From: Pseudomonadota bacterium
GTDB taxonomy: Bacteria; Pseudomonadota; Alphaproteobacteria; Rhodobacterales; Rhodobacteraceae
Direction of reading: 5' to 3'
Assembly (NCBI GenBank): GCA_038757905.1
Contig: JBCDGG010000003.1
Coordinates: 7,033-71,032, forward strand
DNA: 64,000 bases
Shown here: positions 55,732 through 64,000 of the stretch, one piece after another
How the letters are laid out: every line of letters begins with the position of its first letter
Numbering within the stretch: the first letter of the stretch is position 1
Notes under the pieces: model-generated
The model's input: the letters and a program-made list of their open reading frames with translations, nothing else
Told to the model about the DNA's origin: nothing
Databases searched by the model: none
Translations under genes and position numbers: made by a program

Positions 55732-57504
55732 TCACGCGGCGTCCGTCTGCAGGCGAAGCCCGTCTATGGCACCTCGGTAGACCGTCTTGCGCGCACGGGC
55801 CATGTCCTCGAGCAGCGCGGCGTCCTCATCCGCCGTGCGCGCAGTGCCCCAGGCACGGTCCATATCCGGCCAAGGGATCGAATCGATGAGCAGCTGGGTG
55901 TAGGGATGCTGGGGGGCACCGATCACCTCGTGCGGGGGGCCCGCCTCTGCCACATGGCCCTGATACAGCACGATCACGTAGTCGGAGACGTGGTAGGCCG
56001 TCGCGAGATCATGGGTGATATACAGAATTGAGATCCCGTGCTTGTCCTTCAGATCGTAGATATTGGACAGGATCGTGGCGCGGAGCGAGGCATCGACCAT
56101 CGAGACGGGCTCGTCGGCAATCAGAAGCTTCGGCTGGAGCATCAGCGCACGCGCCACGATCAACCGCTGTCGCTGCCCGCCGGAGAGCTGATGGGGGTAG
56201 CGGCGCAGGATCTGGCCCGGGTCGAGGCCCACGGCGAGGCACGCCTCCTCCATCGCCTGTTGCGTATGGTCGTCTCCACGGGACAGGCCAAAGCGCCGGA
56301 ACGGAAACCGCAACGCGTGTTCGACGCGGTAAAACGGGTTGAAGCAGGCATAGGGATCCTGAAACACGGCCTGCACGTTTTTGCGGAAATCGAGCGAGGC
56401 CGAAGCGCCGAGCCGCGCCAGATCCTGCCCCTCATAGAGGACCTGACCGGTCGACGGGGCGTTGAAGCCGAGCATCAACGAGCCCATCGTCGACTTTCCC
56501 GATCCCGACTGTCCGACGATCGAAATGATCTGCGGGACATCGCCTTCGAGCGCGAACGACATGGGCTGAAGCGCCGTCACACCGCCATAGACCTTGGAGA
56601 CCTCGCGAAACTCCAGCAGCGGCGCATCGGTGGTCTTCTGCGAAGCGGGCGCACCGACAGCCGGGTTGAGAAAGCTCTCCCCACCGACGAGCGGAACCGA
56701 GGAGATCAGCTCCTGCGTATAGGGATGCTGGGGCGCCTCGACGATCTGCCGCGTCGCCCCGTGTTCCACGAGTACGCCGTCCTTCAGAACAGCCAGTTCA
56801 TCCACGGATTGCGCCATGAGCCCCATGTCATGACCGATCAGGATCAACCCGCAGCCGATCGCCTCCTGCACCTCGGTCAGGGTCTGCATGACATGACGCT
56901 GCGTTACGACGTCGAGGGCCGAGGTCGGTTCGTCGGCGATGATCAGTTCGGGCGACAGGATGACGCCGAGGGCGATGCAGACCCGCTGCTTCATGCCGCC
57001 GGACAACTCGTGAGGGTAGAGCTGCCCGACCCGCGGCTGCAGCCCGACGGAAGACAGCGCCGCATCCGAGCGTTCGCGCAATTGGGCGCGCTCGGTCTTG
57101 CCTTCATGGGCGACGATCGCGTCCCACATCTGCGCCTCGACCCGCATCACCGGATTGAGGGAGTTCATGGCCCCTTGCGGAATGTAGGACACCGACGCCA
57201 GCCGGGTCCGGCGCATCTCTTCGTCCCCCAGGGCCAGAACGTCGATGGCCCGCTGTCCCAGACGGATCTGCCCGGACGACACCCGCCCCGGCTCCGCCAG
57301 CATGCGCATGATCGAAAGGGCTGTCGTGGTCTTGCCGGATCCGCTTTCCCCGATGAACCCCACCTTGCGGCCGGGCTGAATCGTCAGCGACAGGGATTTG
57401 ACCGCGTGAACGATCCCCGCCGGCGTCGGAAAGTCGATCGACAGATCCTTGAGCGTGAGAACCGGCTTGTCGTTCGGCAGGGCGGCTGGAGATGCAGGGG
57501 TCAT
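55732..57504 (-). CDS. Opp/Dpp-type ABC transporter ATP-binding protein, fused double ATPase
   Basis: Start at MTPASPAAL (57504). GESGSGKTT / LSGGMKQRV in the first domain and GQSGSGKST / LSGGQRQRL in the second. Confidence 0.85.
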   Translation of the reverse strand: MTPASPAALPNDKPVLTLKDLSIDFPTPAGIVHAVKSLSLTIQPGRKVGFIGESGSGKTTTALSIMRMLAEPGRVSSGQIRLGQRAIDVLALGDEEMRRTRLASVSYIPQGAMNSLNPVMRVEAQMWDAIVAHEGKTERAQLRERSDAALSSVGLQPRVGQLYPHELSGGMKQRVCIALGVILSPELIIADEPTSALDVVTQRHVMQTLTEVQEAIGCGLILIGHDMGLMAQSVDELAVLKDGVLVEHGATRQIVEAPQHPYTQELISSVPLVGGESFLNPAVGAPASQKTTDAPLLEFREVSKVYGGVTALQPMSFALEGDVPQIISIVGQSGSGKSTMGSLMLGFNAPSTGQVLYEGQDLARLGASASLDFRKNVQAVFQDPYACFNPFYRVEHALRFPFRRFGLSRGDDHTQQAMEEACLAVGLDPGQILRRYPHQLSGGQRQRLIVARALMLQPKLLIADEPVSMVDASLRATILSNIYDLKDKHGISILYITHDLATAYHVSDYVIVLYQGHVAEAGPPHEVIGAPQHPYTQLLIDSIPWPDMDRAWGTARTADEDAALLEDMARARKTVYRGAIDGLRLQTDAA

Positions 57505-57549
57505 GGAAGCCTCGCGCGCAGGGGGCGGACAGGCGCTGCCGCACTGAAA

Positions 57550-57698
57550 GGGATCGCGTCGGGTGGGTGGGCCGATGTGGCCTTGGCCACGAGGTCCGCG
57601 CCCGACGGGCAACCGCCTGCGCCGTGCGCCCGGTCCCGCGGACCTCGCCCAAAGGGGCATCGGCCCACCCGCCCGGGCGTTCCCGGTGAGAGGTCACC
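57550..57698. repeat. Palindromic intergenic element, copy Y (arms 57550-57577 / 57658-57684, inner palindrome gtggccttggccac)
   Basis: Same arm sequences as copy X but in the opposite order, separated by ~80 nt. ggacctcgcccaaagggg+catcggcccacccgcccgggcgttcccggtg is near-identical to X. Confidence 0.8.
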
Positions 57699-57703
57699 CC
57701 CCT

Positions 57704-58651
57704 TCATGACAGCCGCCTCAGACGGGGGTTCGACACTTCGTCGAGCCCCAGATTGATCAGCAGGAGCCCGATGAACATCACGGCGAGCAGCAGCGTCGGG
57801 ATGCCCCACCACCACCAGAGGTTCTGGATCAGGGCACCGGCATTGATGGCTTCGTAGATCGTGCGCCCAAGCGTCGGAATGCGCTGCGGGCCCAATCCGA
57901 GAACCTCCAGCCCCACGGCCGTCACAATGGAGGTGGTGACATTGGCGATGAGGGACCCGAAGAGATAGGGCACCAGGTTCGGCAGCATCTCGCGGAACAT
58001 GATATGCGGCGTCGAGGCGCCCGAGAGCCGCGCCATCTGCACATAGCCCGACGTTCGCATCGACAGGACCTGCGCCCGGATCAGCCGGGTCGGCGATTGC
58101 CAGACGAAGCACGCGATCAGCAGCGCCATCGCCGTCAGCGACACGTCTCCATAGGCGGCCTGAAACACCACCAGGATCAGCAGCGGCGGGATCGTGATCA
58201 TCACATCGCTCAGGATCCGGATCGTGTCGTCCGTCCGCCCGCCCACGAAACCGGCCGTGAAGCCCAGAACAATGCCGACCGACATTCCGATGAGCGAGGC
58301 CAGCAGTCCGACAAAAAGCGAGTTCGGCGCCCCGATGATGATCAGTGACAGCACATCCCGCCCCGCGCCATCGGTCCCGAGCGGATAGGCCCATTCGCCC
58401 GCCTGGCCTCGCAGGTTCTCGAACCCGACCGGCGGCAGCCGCAGCGGCGCGGACCCCGTGAACACCAGATCGAGGTCCCATGTTGCGCGCCCCAGTACGC
58501 CCAGCGCGACGATCCCGAGCAAAAGCCCCACGCCCCAGAGCAGCTTGGGGTTCCACCAGGGATTGTCGAACCGGCGCATCCGCCGAAGCTGCTTCTTCGA
58601 CAGCGTGTCGTCCGCCTCGGGGGCGTCGCTGTCCGTCGAGTATTCGGTCAT
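57704..58651 (-). CDS. Opp/Dpp-type ABC transporter permease (DppC/OppC-like)
   Basis: 315 aa. GTDGAGRDVLS motif and a BPD-type membrane domain. 4-nt overlap with the upstream permease. Confidence 0.85.
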   Translation of the reverse strand: MTEYSTDSDAPEADDTLSKKQLRRMRRFDNPWWNPKLLWGVGLLLGIVALGVLGRATWDLDLVFTGSAPLRLPPVGFENLRGQAGEWAYPLGTDGAGRDVLSLIIIGAPNSLFVGLLASLIGMSVGIVLGFTAGFVGGRTDDTIRILSDVMITIPPLLILVVFQAAYGDVSLTAMALLIACFVWQSPTRLIRAQVLSMRTSGYVQMARLSGASTPHIMFREMLPNLVPYLFGSLIANVTTSIVTAVGLEVLGLGPQRIPTLGRTIYEAINAGALIQNLWWWWGIPTLLLAVMFIGLLLINLGLDEVSNPRLRRLS

Positions 58652-59664
58652 GTCGTCGCCCCCTCGTGCCGGATACGGGGGTCGATGAACGGGTAGATCA
58701 GATCGACGAGGAACACCGCCACCGCCGTCATCAGGATGATCACGTAGGAGATTCCCTGGATCACCGGAAAGTCCTGATCGAGGATCGCGTCGTAGAGCAG
58801 CTTGCCCATTCCGTTATAGGCAAAGATCCGTTCCACCAGCACCTGCCCGGCGATCAGCAACCCGATCTTCAGCGCGAAGGCGGTAATCTGCGGCAGGATC
58901 GCGTTGCGGATCATGTAGCGGTAAAGAATGTAGCGCGGCTTGAGGCCCTTGGCCTTGGCCAGCGTCACGTAATCCTCGCCCTGCACCGTGATCATCAGCC
59001 CGCGCATGCCCAGCGCCCAGAACCCGAAGGTGACGATCACGATGGAAAGCGCCGGTAGAAAGCCGTGATGCAGGACGGAGATCGCAAAGTTCCACGACCA
59101 GCCGGGTTCCACCATCAGCCCGTAGGCGCCGGTCAGCGGGAACCATCGGAGCTGGGCCGCGAAGACCCACATCAACAGGAGGCCCGAGAGGATCGGCGGG
59201 ATCGAGGTGAAGACCATGGCCGCCGGGATCGCGACCTTGACCAGACGCGGGCTCTCCTCCCAGACCATCAGCGCCCCGAGCAGATTGCCGATGACGAAGG
59301 TAATGATGAGCGACAAGATCATCAGCCCCAGCGTCCAGGGAAGGGCCTGGGCGATGAGCGCCGAAACCGGCGTCGGGAACGAGGCCGTGGAGAGGCCGAA
59401 ATCGAAGGTGAACGTGTTCCACAAGTATTTGAAGTACTGAACGATCAGCGGATCGTTCAGCCCGAACTTCTCCTGCAGCTGCATCAGGATTTCTTCGGAA
59501 TTGGCGACGGTGCCGCCGCCCGCCGCCATTCGGCTGAGCATCACATCCGCGGGGTCGATCGGCGACAGCCGCGGGATGATCCAGATCAGCGTGGCCGCGA
59601 TCCAGACCGTCAGCCCCAGCGTGATCAGCCGGTTGATCAGATAGCTTCTTGGGATGCGTCCCAT
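58648..59664 (-). CDS. Opp/Dpp-type ABC transporter permease (DppB/OppB-like)
   Basis: 338 aa. N-terminal YLINRLITLGLTVWIAATLIWIIPRLSP and a C-terminal FLVDLIYPFIDPRIR tail typical of DppB. Confidence 0.85.
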   Translation of the reverse strand: MGRIPRSYLINRLITLGLTVWIAATLIWIIPRLSPIDPADVMLSRMAAGGGTVANSEEILMQLQEKFGLNDPLIVQYFKYLWNTFTFDFGLSTASFPTPVSALIAQALPWTLGLMILSLIITFVIGNLLGALMVWEESPRLVKVAIPAAMVFTSIPPILSGLLLMWVFAAQLRWFPLTGAYGLMVEPGWSWNFAISVLHHGFLPALSIVIVTFGFWALGMRGLMITVQGEDYVTLAKAKGLKPRYILYRYMIRNAILPQITAFALKIGLLIAGQVLVERIFAYNGMGKLLYDAILDQDFPVIQGISYVIILMTAVAVFLVDLIYPFIDPRIRHEGATT

Positions 59665-59821
59665 GACACTCCTCCCCTAGGCCGATAACGCCGTGACAGG
59701 CCGCGCGGCCCGGCGGGCGGCGGCCACGCCACACGAGCCCCCGCCACACGAGCCCCGGGCGAGATGAGCCTCGCGTGGCCCCCTGCCCCGGCCAGCCCAG
59801 CGGCCGGGCCGTTCACCACGC

Positions 59822-59844
59822 GCCCCGCCCCTTCGCGGCGGGGC
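59822..59844 (-). other. Intercistronic GC hairpin (gccccgcc-ccttcgc-ggcggggc) after the binding-protein gene
   Basis: Perfect 8-bp stem, 48 nt downstream of the SBP stop, inside a 227-nt SBP/permease spacer. Confidence 0.5.
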
Positions 59845-59891
59845 AGACCAGGGGCCTGGCCCAGAGGCCGCTGGCCGCTCGGCTTCTCCGC

Positions 59892-61622
59892 TTACTGCGC
59901 CCGTTCGAGGTTGTGGATGATCTGGTGGCCCGTATTCCACCAGAAGAACGGGTGATTGTAGTAGTTCTCGTCCGTCGGCCAGCCTGTCCAGTACGACGTA
60001 TTGAACGGCAGAAGCTTGAAGGACTGGACCAGGGGAATGAACGGCATCTCGGCATCGAGATACTGGTAGGCGTCCGCCACCATGCCGGGCACGGACGGAT
60101 CGCCCAGCGCCATCCCCTCCATCTGGTCGACGATTTCGGAGTACGACGCCGCCGCTGCACTGTCCCACCGCGAGGTGTTGTTGAACCCGGGCGAGCGTTC
60201 GCCCACCGGCACCACATCGGCCACCGTATAGCGGCCCATGGACGCCCAGGGCTCGTTCACCGACCCGCAGGAGAGCCAGCTATAGCTCATCTCGAAGGCG
60301 CCGAAGGGCAGCACCTCGCCCCAGAAAACCCCGTTCTCTACCGGGACCGAGCGCGCATTGATGCCCGCCCGGTTGAGCTGCTCGACCACGACGTCGATGG
60401 TGCGGGTGTACTCCGTCGAGGCGGAGTTCACGTGGATCGACACTTCCAGCTTCTCGCCGTCCTTCTCGTAGATGCCGTCCGACCCAAGCGTCCAGCCCGC
60501 GGCCTCGATCATCGCCTTGCCCGCATCCGGGTCGCCCCGCTCCGGCAGGCCATGCCCGGCCTCTACGATGGCATCGATGAAGGGCTGCATGGAGCCGTAT
60601 TGCGGGAACATCGTCACCGAGGGCACCGTGGCGCCCTCCGCCGCCACATTGGCGATCTGGGTCCGGTCGATGATGGTCGCCACGGCCTTGCGCATCGTGG
60701 GATCGTCCCAGGGCGCGACGGTCGTATTGATCTCGAGCTGGCGGGCGCACGGGTCGGCCGAGGCATAGGGATAATCGTCATACCAGGCGATCACGGCGGG
60801 GTTCTGGGCGCGGATCGCCTCGAAGGTGCCCACCGTCACGTTCTGGGCGGCATCAAGCTGGTTGGCGGCCATCAGCTGTGCGCGGCTCTCCTCGCCGCCG
60901 GTTTCGATGAAGACCACGCGCTGGGGTTCCGGCAACTCCTTGAACCCGGACTTGGCGCCCCACCACGCGTCGTTGCGATCCCAGATTGCGCGGTTGGTGG
61001 CGGACGAGCTGTAGGTGTAGGGGCCCGTGCCGATCGGCGGGAAGAAAGCAAAGGTCGCCGCATCCTGACCGGCCCAGATATGCTCGGGCATGATCAGGAA
61101 CGACCCGAAGATGCGCACGCCGAAATTCTCGACGGCAAAGCGCGGGTTCGCCTCGTTCAGCGTGAAGCGCACGGTCAGATCGTCGACCTTCTCGACCGAG
61201 GCGACCTGCGCGCGCACCGTCGCCGCTTCGCGGCTTGAGAGATCTTCGTTGCCGAGGGCCATCTCGACGGTGAACACGACGTCATCGGCGTTGAATGCCT
61301 CGCCGTCGGACCATTCCACGCCCTCGCGGAGCACCAGCGTCCAGACCGCGCCGCCCTCGTCGGAGTTGAGCTCCAACCCGAGCCACGGCTCTAGCTCGCC
61401 ATTGCCGTAGTTCAGGATGAACAGCGGCTCCCACATCGTCTGATGCGCGCCATGCATCCGCTTGGTGCCCGGGGTGAACCAGTTGAAGTTCTCCGGGTCC
61501 TTGATCGTCCGGTCGAGATCGAAAATGACGGTGTCCTCGCGCGCGATATCCTGCGCGAGCGCCATGCCACCGGCCGCCGCAAACGCAAGGACGGACGCCG
61601 CAAGGGCGAATGAGTTTCGCAT
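59892..61622 (-). CDS. ABC transporter substrate-binding protein, family 5 (peptide/opine/oligosaccharide type)
   Basis: Signal peptide MRNSFALAASVLAFAAAGGMALA. 576 aa with the general family 5 pattern (WSDGEAFNADDVVFT). Confidence 0.82.
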   Translation of the reverse strand: MRNSFALAASVLAFAAAGGMALAQDIAREDTVIFDLDRTIKDPENFNWFTPGTKRMHGAHQTMWEPLFILNYGNGELEPWLGLELNSDEGGAVWTLVLREGVEWSDGEAFNADDVVFTVEMALGNEDLSSREAATVRAQVASVEKVDDLTVRFTLNEANPRFAVENFGVRIFGSFLIMPEHIWAGQDAATFAFFPPIGTGPYTYSSSATNRAIWDRNDAWWGAKSGFKELPEPQRVVFIETGGEESRAQLMAANQLDAAQNVTVGTFEAIRAQNPAVIAWYDDYPYASADPCARQLEINTTVAPWDDPTMRKAVATIIDRTQIANVAAEGATVPSVTMFPQYGSMQPFIDAIVEAGHGLPERGDPDAGKAMIEAAGWTLGSDGIYEKDGEKLEVSIHVNSASTEYTRTIDVVVEQLNRAGINARSVPVENGVFWGEVLPFGAFEMSYSWLSCGSVNEPWASMGRYTVADVVPVGERSPGFNNTSRWDSAAAASYSEIVDQMEGMALGDPSVPGMVADAYQYLDAEMPFIPLVQSFKLLPFNTSYWTGWPTDENYYNHPFFWWNTGHQIIHNLERAQ

Positions 61623-61700
61623 GTTGTTCCTCCCAGCGGGGCGCGTCGCCGCCCCTTTCTTGATGGATCGCCGCCCCGATGCGCCGGGACAAGGACCGGA

Positions 61701-62387
61701 TTAGCCCGCGCGCACGTAGTCCATGACGAGAACGCGCGTGTCGTCGGGAATGTCTCCTTTTGATATTTCAACCTCGGCGGCACTGGCGAAGTCAACATCC
61801 GCGTCCTTGAAGTGCGCGAGAAAGCTCTCGATCCACATCGTGTTCCGGGGCCGGTAGGTGAGCGTGCGAAAGTGCATCGGGATCACGAGCTTCGGGCGAA
61901 CCGCGTAGATCACCTTCATCAGATCCGGCAGTTCAATCGTCAGATAGCCGCCGGCAAGCGCGAACAGCACATCGACATCCTCGAAGAAGGCGATCTGGCG
62001 GTCAGTCAGGGGGTTGCCCACGTCGCCCATATGCGCGCAGGCGATCCCGTCGACACGGAAACGGTACATCCCGTTCTGCCCGGGCACCTCGTGCTCGGGG
62101 TGCAGATCCCACTCCGCCGCCTCGATGGCGTGCACGTCCAGCCCCGCGGCCTCGGCCGAGCCGCCGGACTTGGCGACCTCGAGCGCGTTCAGGACGGCAG
62201 GCGCCCCGGCGATCAGATCGGCGCGGCAATGGGCGCTGTCATCGTCCGACGAGATGAGGACGAGATCGGCCGGGTCCGCAATCGGGTCGTAGCCCACACC
62301 TTCGGGCGTGTAGGGGTCCGTGATGATGGTCGGGCCGCTGTCCGGCACGATGCGGAACGCCGCGTGGCCATACCATTTCACGCGCAT
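61701..62387 (-). CDS. MBL-fold metal-dependent hydrolase
   Basis: Start at MRVKWYGHAAFRI (62387, 1-nt overlap with the phyH stop). ISSDDDSAHC / HMGD / IPMHF metal-ligand-like positions. 228 aa. Confidence 0.72.
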   Translation of the reverse strand: MRVKWYGHAAFRIVPDSGPTIITDPYTPEGVGYDPIADPADLVLISSDDDSAHCRADLIAGAPAVLNALEVAKSGGSAEAAGLDVHAIEAAEWDLHPEHEVPGQNGMYRFRVDGIACAHMGDVGNPLTDRQIAFFEDVDVLFALAGGYLTIELPDLMKVIYAVRPKLVIPMHFRTLTYRPRNTMWIESFLAHFKDADVDFASAAEVEISKGDIPDDTRVLVMDYVRAG

Positions 62388-63226
62388 CAGTTGTTGCCTA
62401 CCACATGGGGGCTCGACGTCGCGGTGATGTCGTCGTTCGTGGGGCGGGCGTGATGGCGCCACCTGCCGGTCGGGTCCGTGCCCCTTGCCACGATCGCCTC
62501 CACCCCGCGGGCCCAGCCCTCATCCGTGATACGAACTTCGGGCGGGCAGTAGCGCAAGGTTAGGCCGCAGCGGCGGCGGTCGGAGGTGTTGGGCAGGCTG
62601 CCATGCACCAGCATGTCCGCGTGCAGCGAAATCTGGCCCGCCTTCAGGGCATTGGTGACCGGCTCGCCCAGGGCGTCGGCCCCGTCGGTTTCGATGTGGA
62701 AGACGCTCGCGCCCTCGGCCTTGCGCACCTTCAGCGCGCCCTTGTCATGCGTCCGCGGGATGAAGCGCATGGCGGAGTTGGCGGCGTCGGCATCGTCGAT
62801 AGCCAGCCAGACCGTCACCGTGCGCGCCGGCGAGAGCGACCAGAACGAGGCATCCTGATGCCAGGGCACCGCCTTGGGATCGTGCGGGGCCTTCGACAGG
62901 ATCGCGCTCGCCCAGCAGACGATGTTCGGGCCTAGGATATCCTCGACATGGTCGAGGATCCGCGGCTCGGTCGCGATGTCCCACAATCCGGCCAGACGCG
63001 CCTGATAGCAATTGATGCCATAGCCCCCGCCCGCGCCCATATCGGTCATTAGCCGGTCGGCATAGGCGCGCAGCGCGGTCACCTCGTTCTCTGTATAGAT
63101 GTCGAACGGCTGCACGTAGCCTTCGCGATTGTACTGGACGATGTCGGCGGCGCTCAGCCGCTGCGGGTTCGACGTCGTGACCGGTGCAAACGACAGATCT
63201 AGCGGTTCTTTCTCGGCAAGCGCCAT
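62387..63226 (-). CDS. Phytanoyl-CoA dioxygenase (PhyH) family Fe(II)/2-oxoglutarate oxygenase
   Basis: VPWHQDASFW (HxD facial triad), LHADMLVHGS (distal His), RRCGLTLRY (2OG Arg). Confidence 0.8.
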   Translation of the reverse strand: MALAEKEPLDLSFAPVTTSNPQRLSAADIVQYNREGYVQPFDIYTENEVTALRAYADRLMTDMGAGGGYGINCYQARLAGLWDIATEPRILDHVEDILGPNIVCWASAILSKAPHDPKAVPWHQDASFWSLSPARTVTVWLAIDDADAANSAMRFIPRTHDKGALKVRKAEGASVFHIETDGADALGEPVTNALKAGQISLHADMLVHGSLPNTSDRRRCGLTLRYCPPEVRITDEGWARGVEAIVARGTDPTGRWRHHARPTNDDITATSSPHVVGNN

Positions 63227-63341
63227 GGCGTGATGGTCCGGATAAGGAGCGGGATCTCACGTCAATTCTACGGCGTGCGTCGACCTTACGTCAGGGCGCC
63301 ACTTGACTAATTGGTGTGCGTATTTGACTTTGTTGCATACG

Positions 63342-64000
63342 ATGTCACGCCTGATCGCCCCCCGACGCTTCATCCTGTCAAACTACATGGCGCCGGGCGA
63401 TGCGTTCCATCTTGCCCACAAACCGCTGGCACAGACCGGGCACGCACCGCTGCATATCCACGACTATTTCGAGGTGTTCATCGTCGAGACGGGGGTCTGC
63501 CGGCACGAGGTGAACGGGCTGACCGAGGATCTGGAGCCCGGCACGCTCGCCTTCGTGCGGCCGCACGACGCCCATGCCCTGTCCACCGCGGGCCGGGAGC
63601 TGTGCCGGATCGTCAACGTCATGCTGCGCCCGGATTGCATCACCCATCTGGGACAGCGCTATGCCGAGGATCTGTCGGGCCAGTTCTTCTGGGCCAAGAG
63701 AGAGAACCCCGTGACGCTGTCGCTGCCGCCGGAGCGGATGGGCGAAGTGATGGCGCTGGTGCATCGGCTGCAGACGGGGCCGCGCAGCCTCGCCCGGATC
63801 GAGGCGTTTCTGCTCGTGCTCATGACGGAACTGACCGATCCCACCGCGCGCGTGGCATCGGCCATGCCGCACTGGCTGGCGCAGGCCTGCGATGCGGCGC
63901 GCCGGCCAGAGGTGTATCGCCGTGGCGCGGCAGGGCTGGTGGAGGCCGCGGGTCGGGGGCACGAACATGTCTGCCGCCAGATGAAGCGGCATCTCGGCCT
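63342..64000 (+). CDS. AraC-family transcriptional regulator (cupin sensor + HTH), 3' end outside the window; not in the ORF track
   Basis: Hand translation from ATG 63342: MSRLIAPRRFILSNYMAPGDAFHLAHKPLAQTGHAPLHIHDYFEVFIVETGVCRHEVNG... This is the RhaS/RhaR-like cupin pattern H.H.YFE..IV..G. The frame stays open to nt 64000 and ends in ...GLVEAAGRGHEHVCRQMKRHLG (start of the HTH). Confidence 0.75.
   Translation, partial: MSRLIAPRRFILSNYMAPGDAFHLAHKPLAQTGHAPLHIHDYFEVFIVETGVCRHEVNGLTEDLEPGTLAFVRPHDAHALSTAGRELCRIVNVMLRPDCITHLGQRYAEDLSGQFFWAKRENPVTLSLPPERMGEVMALVHRLQTGPRSLARIEAFLLVLMTELTDPTARVASAMPHWLAQACDAARRPEVYRRGAAGLVEAAGRGHEHVCRQMKRHLG

Noticed and set aside
1-64000. Mobile elements, prophage, genomic-island boundaries, tRNA/rRNA/tmRNA genes.
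   Set aside because: No transposase, integrase, recombinase or phage-like products appear in any frame. No tRNA-like sequences were spotted. Low-GC patches are confined to short divergent promoter regions (about 3515-3610, 9810-9900, 21890-21990, 40590-40660, 46055-46130, 63290-63340).

Overview
High-GC (roughly two-thirds G+C by eye) alphaproteobacterial DNA. DddP, DUF2927 and a Hint-domain protein point to a marine Rhodobacteraceae (roseobacter-group) genome, which is an inference. The window is densely coding and dominated by housekeeping and catabolic or transport loci. In order: a partial DUF606 gene, lolE-lolD, a DUF3445 gene divergent from the DMSP lyase gene dddP, and a complete Rhizobium-type rhamnose locus (rhaI-rhaD <> rhaR-S-T-P-Q-U-K). 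Then come a hydrolase-OsmC fusion, nucleoside hydrolase, GNAT, selO and a DUF2927 lipoprotein cluster. A sugar ABC system follows, with a tandem NTF2-like protein and galM. After it lies a pqiA-pqiA-pqiB (MCE) locus whose PqiB has a long repeat-built C-terminus. Next are an oxidoreductase, maeB, a J-domain protein, a mesaconyl-CoA-type hydratase/CoA-transferase pair, a Hint-domain protein and prpE. Then a sensor-less HK-REC-Hpt kinase is coupled to a LuxO-like sigma-54 activator, followed by nadK and glyA. The window ends with an ~11 kb AraC-associated operon (PhyH dioxygenase, MBL hydrolase, Opp/Dpp-type ABC importer, GH38 alpha-mannosidase). I saw no rRNA, tRNA, CRISPR, transposase, integrase or phage genes. 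The signals not explained by gene calls are: a ~120-bp degenerate tandem array in the 800-bp pqiA/oxidoreductase gap; a palindromic ~130-bp element inserted at two intercistronic junctions of the mannosidase operon; a decayed duplicate of the galM 3' end; 300-nt in-frame repeats in pqiB; and a 12-nt repeat at the lolE/lolD junction. All calls come from reading the translations and sequence by eye. Start codons are best guesses and no database search was run.
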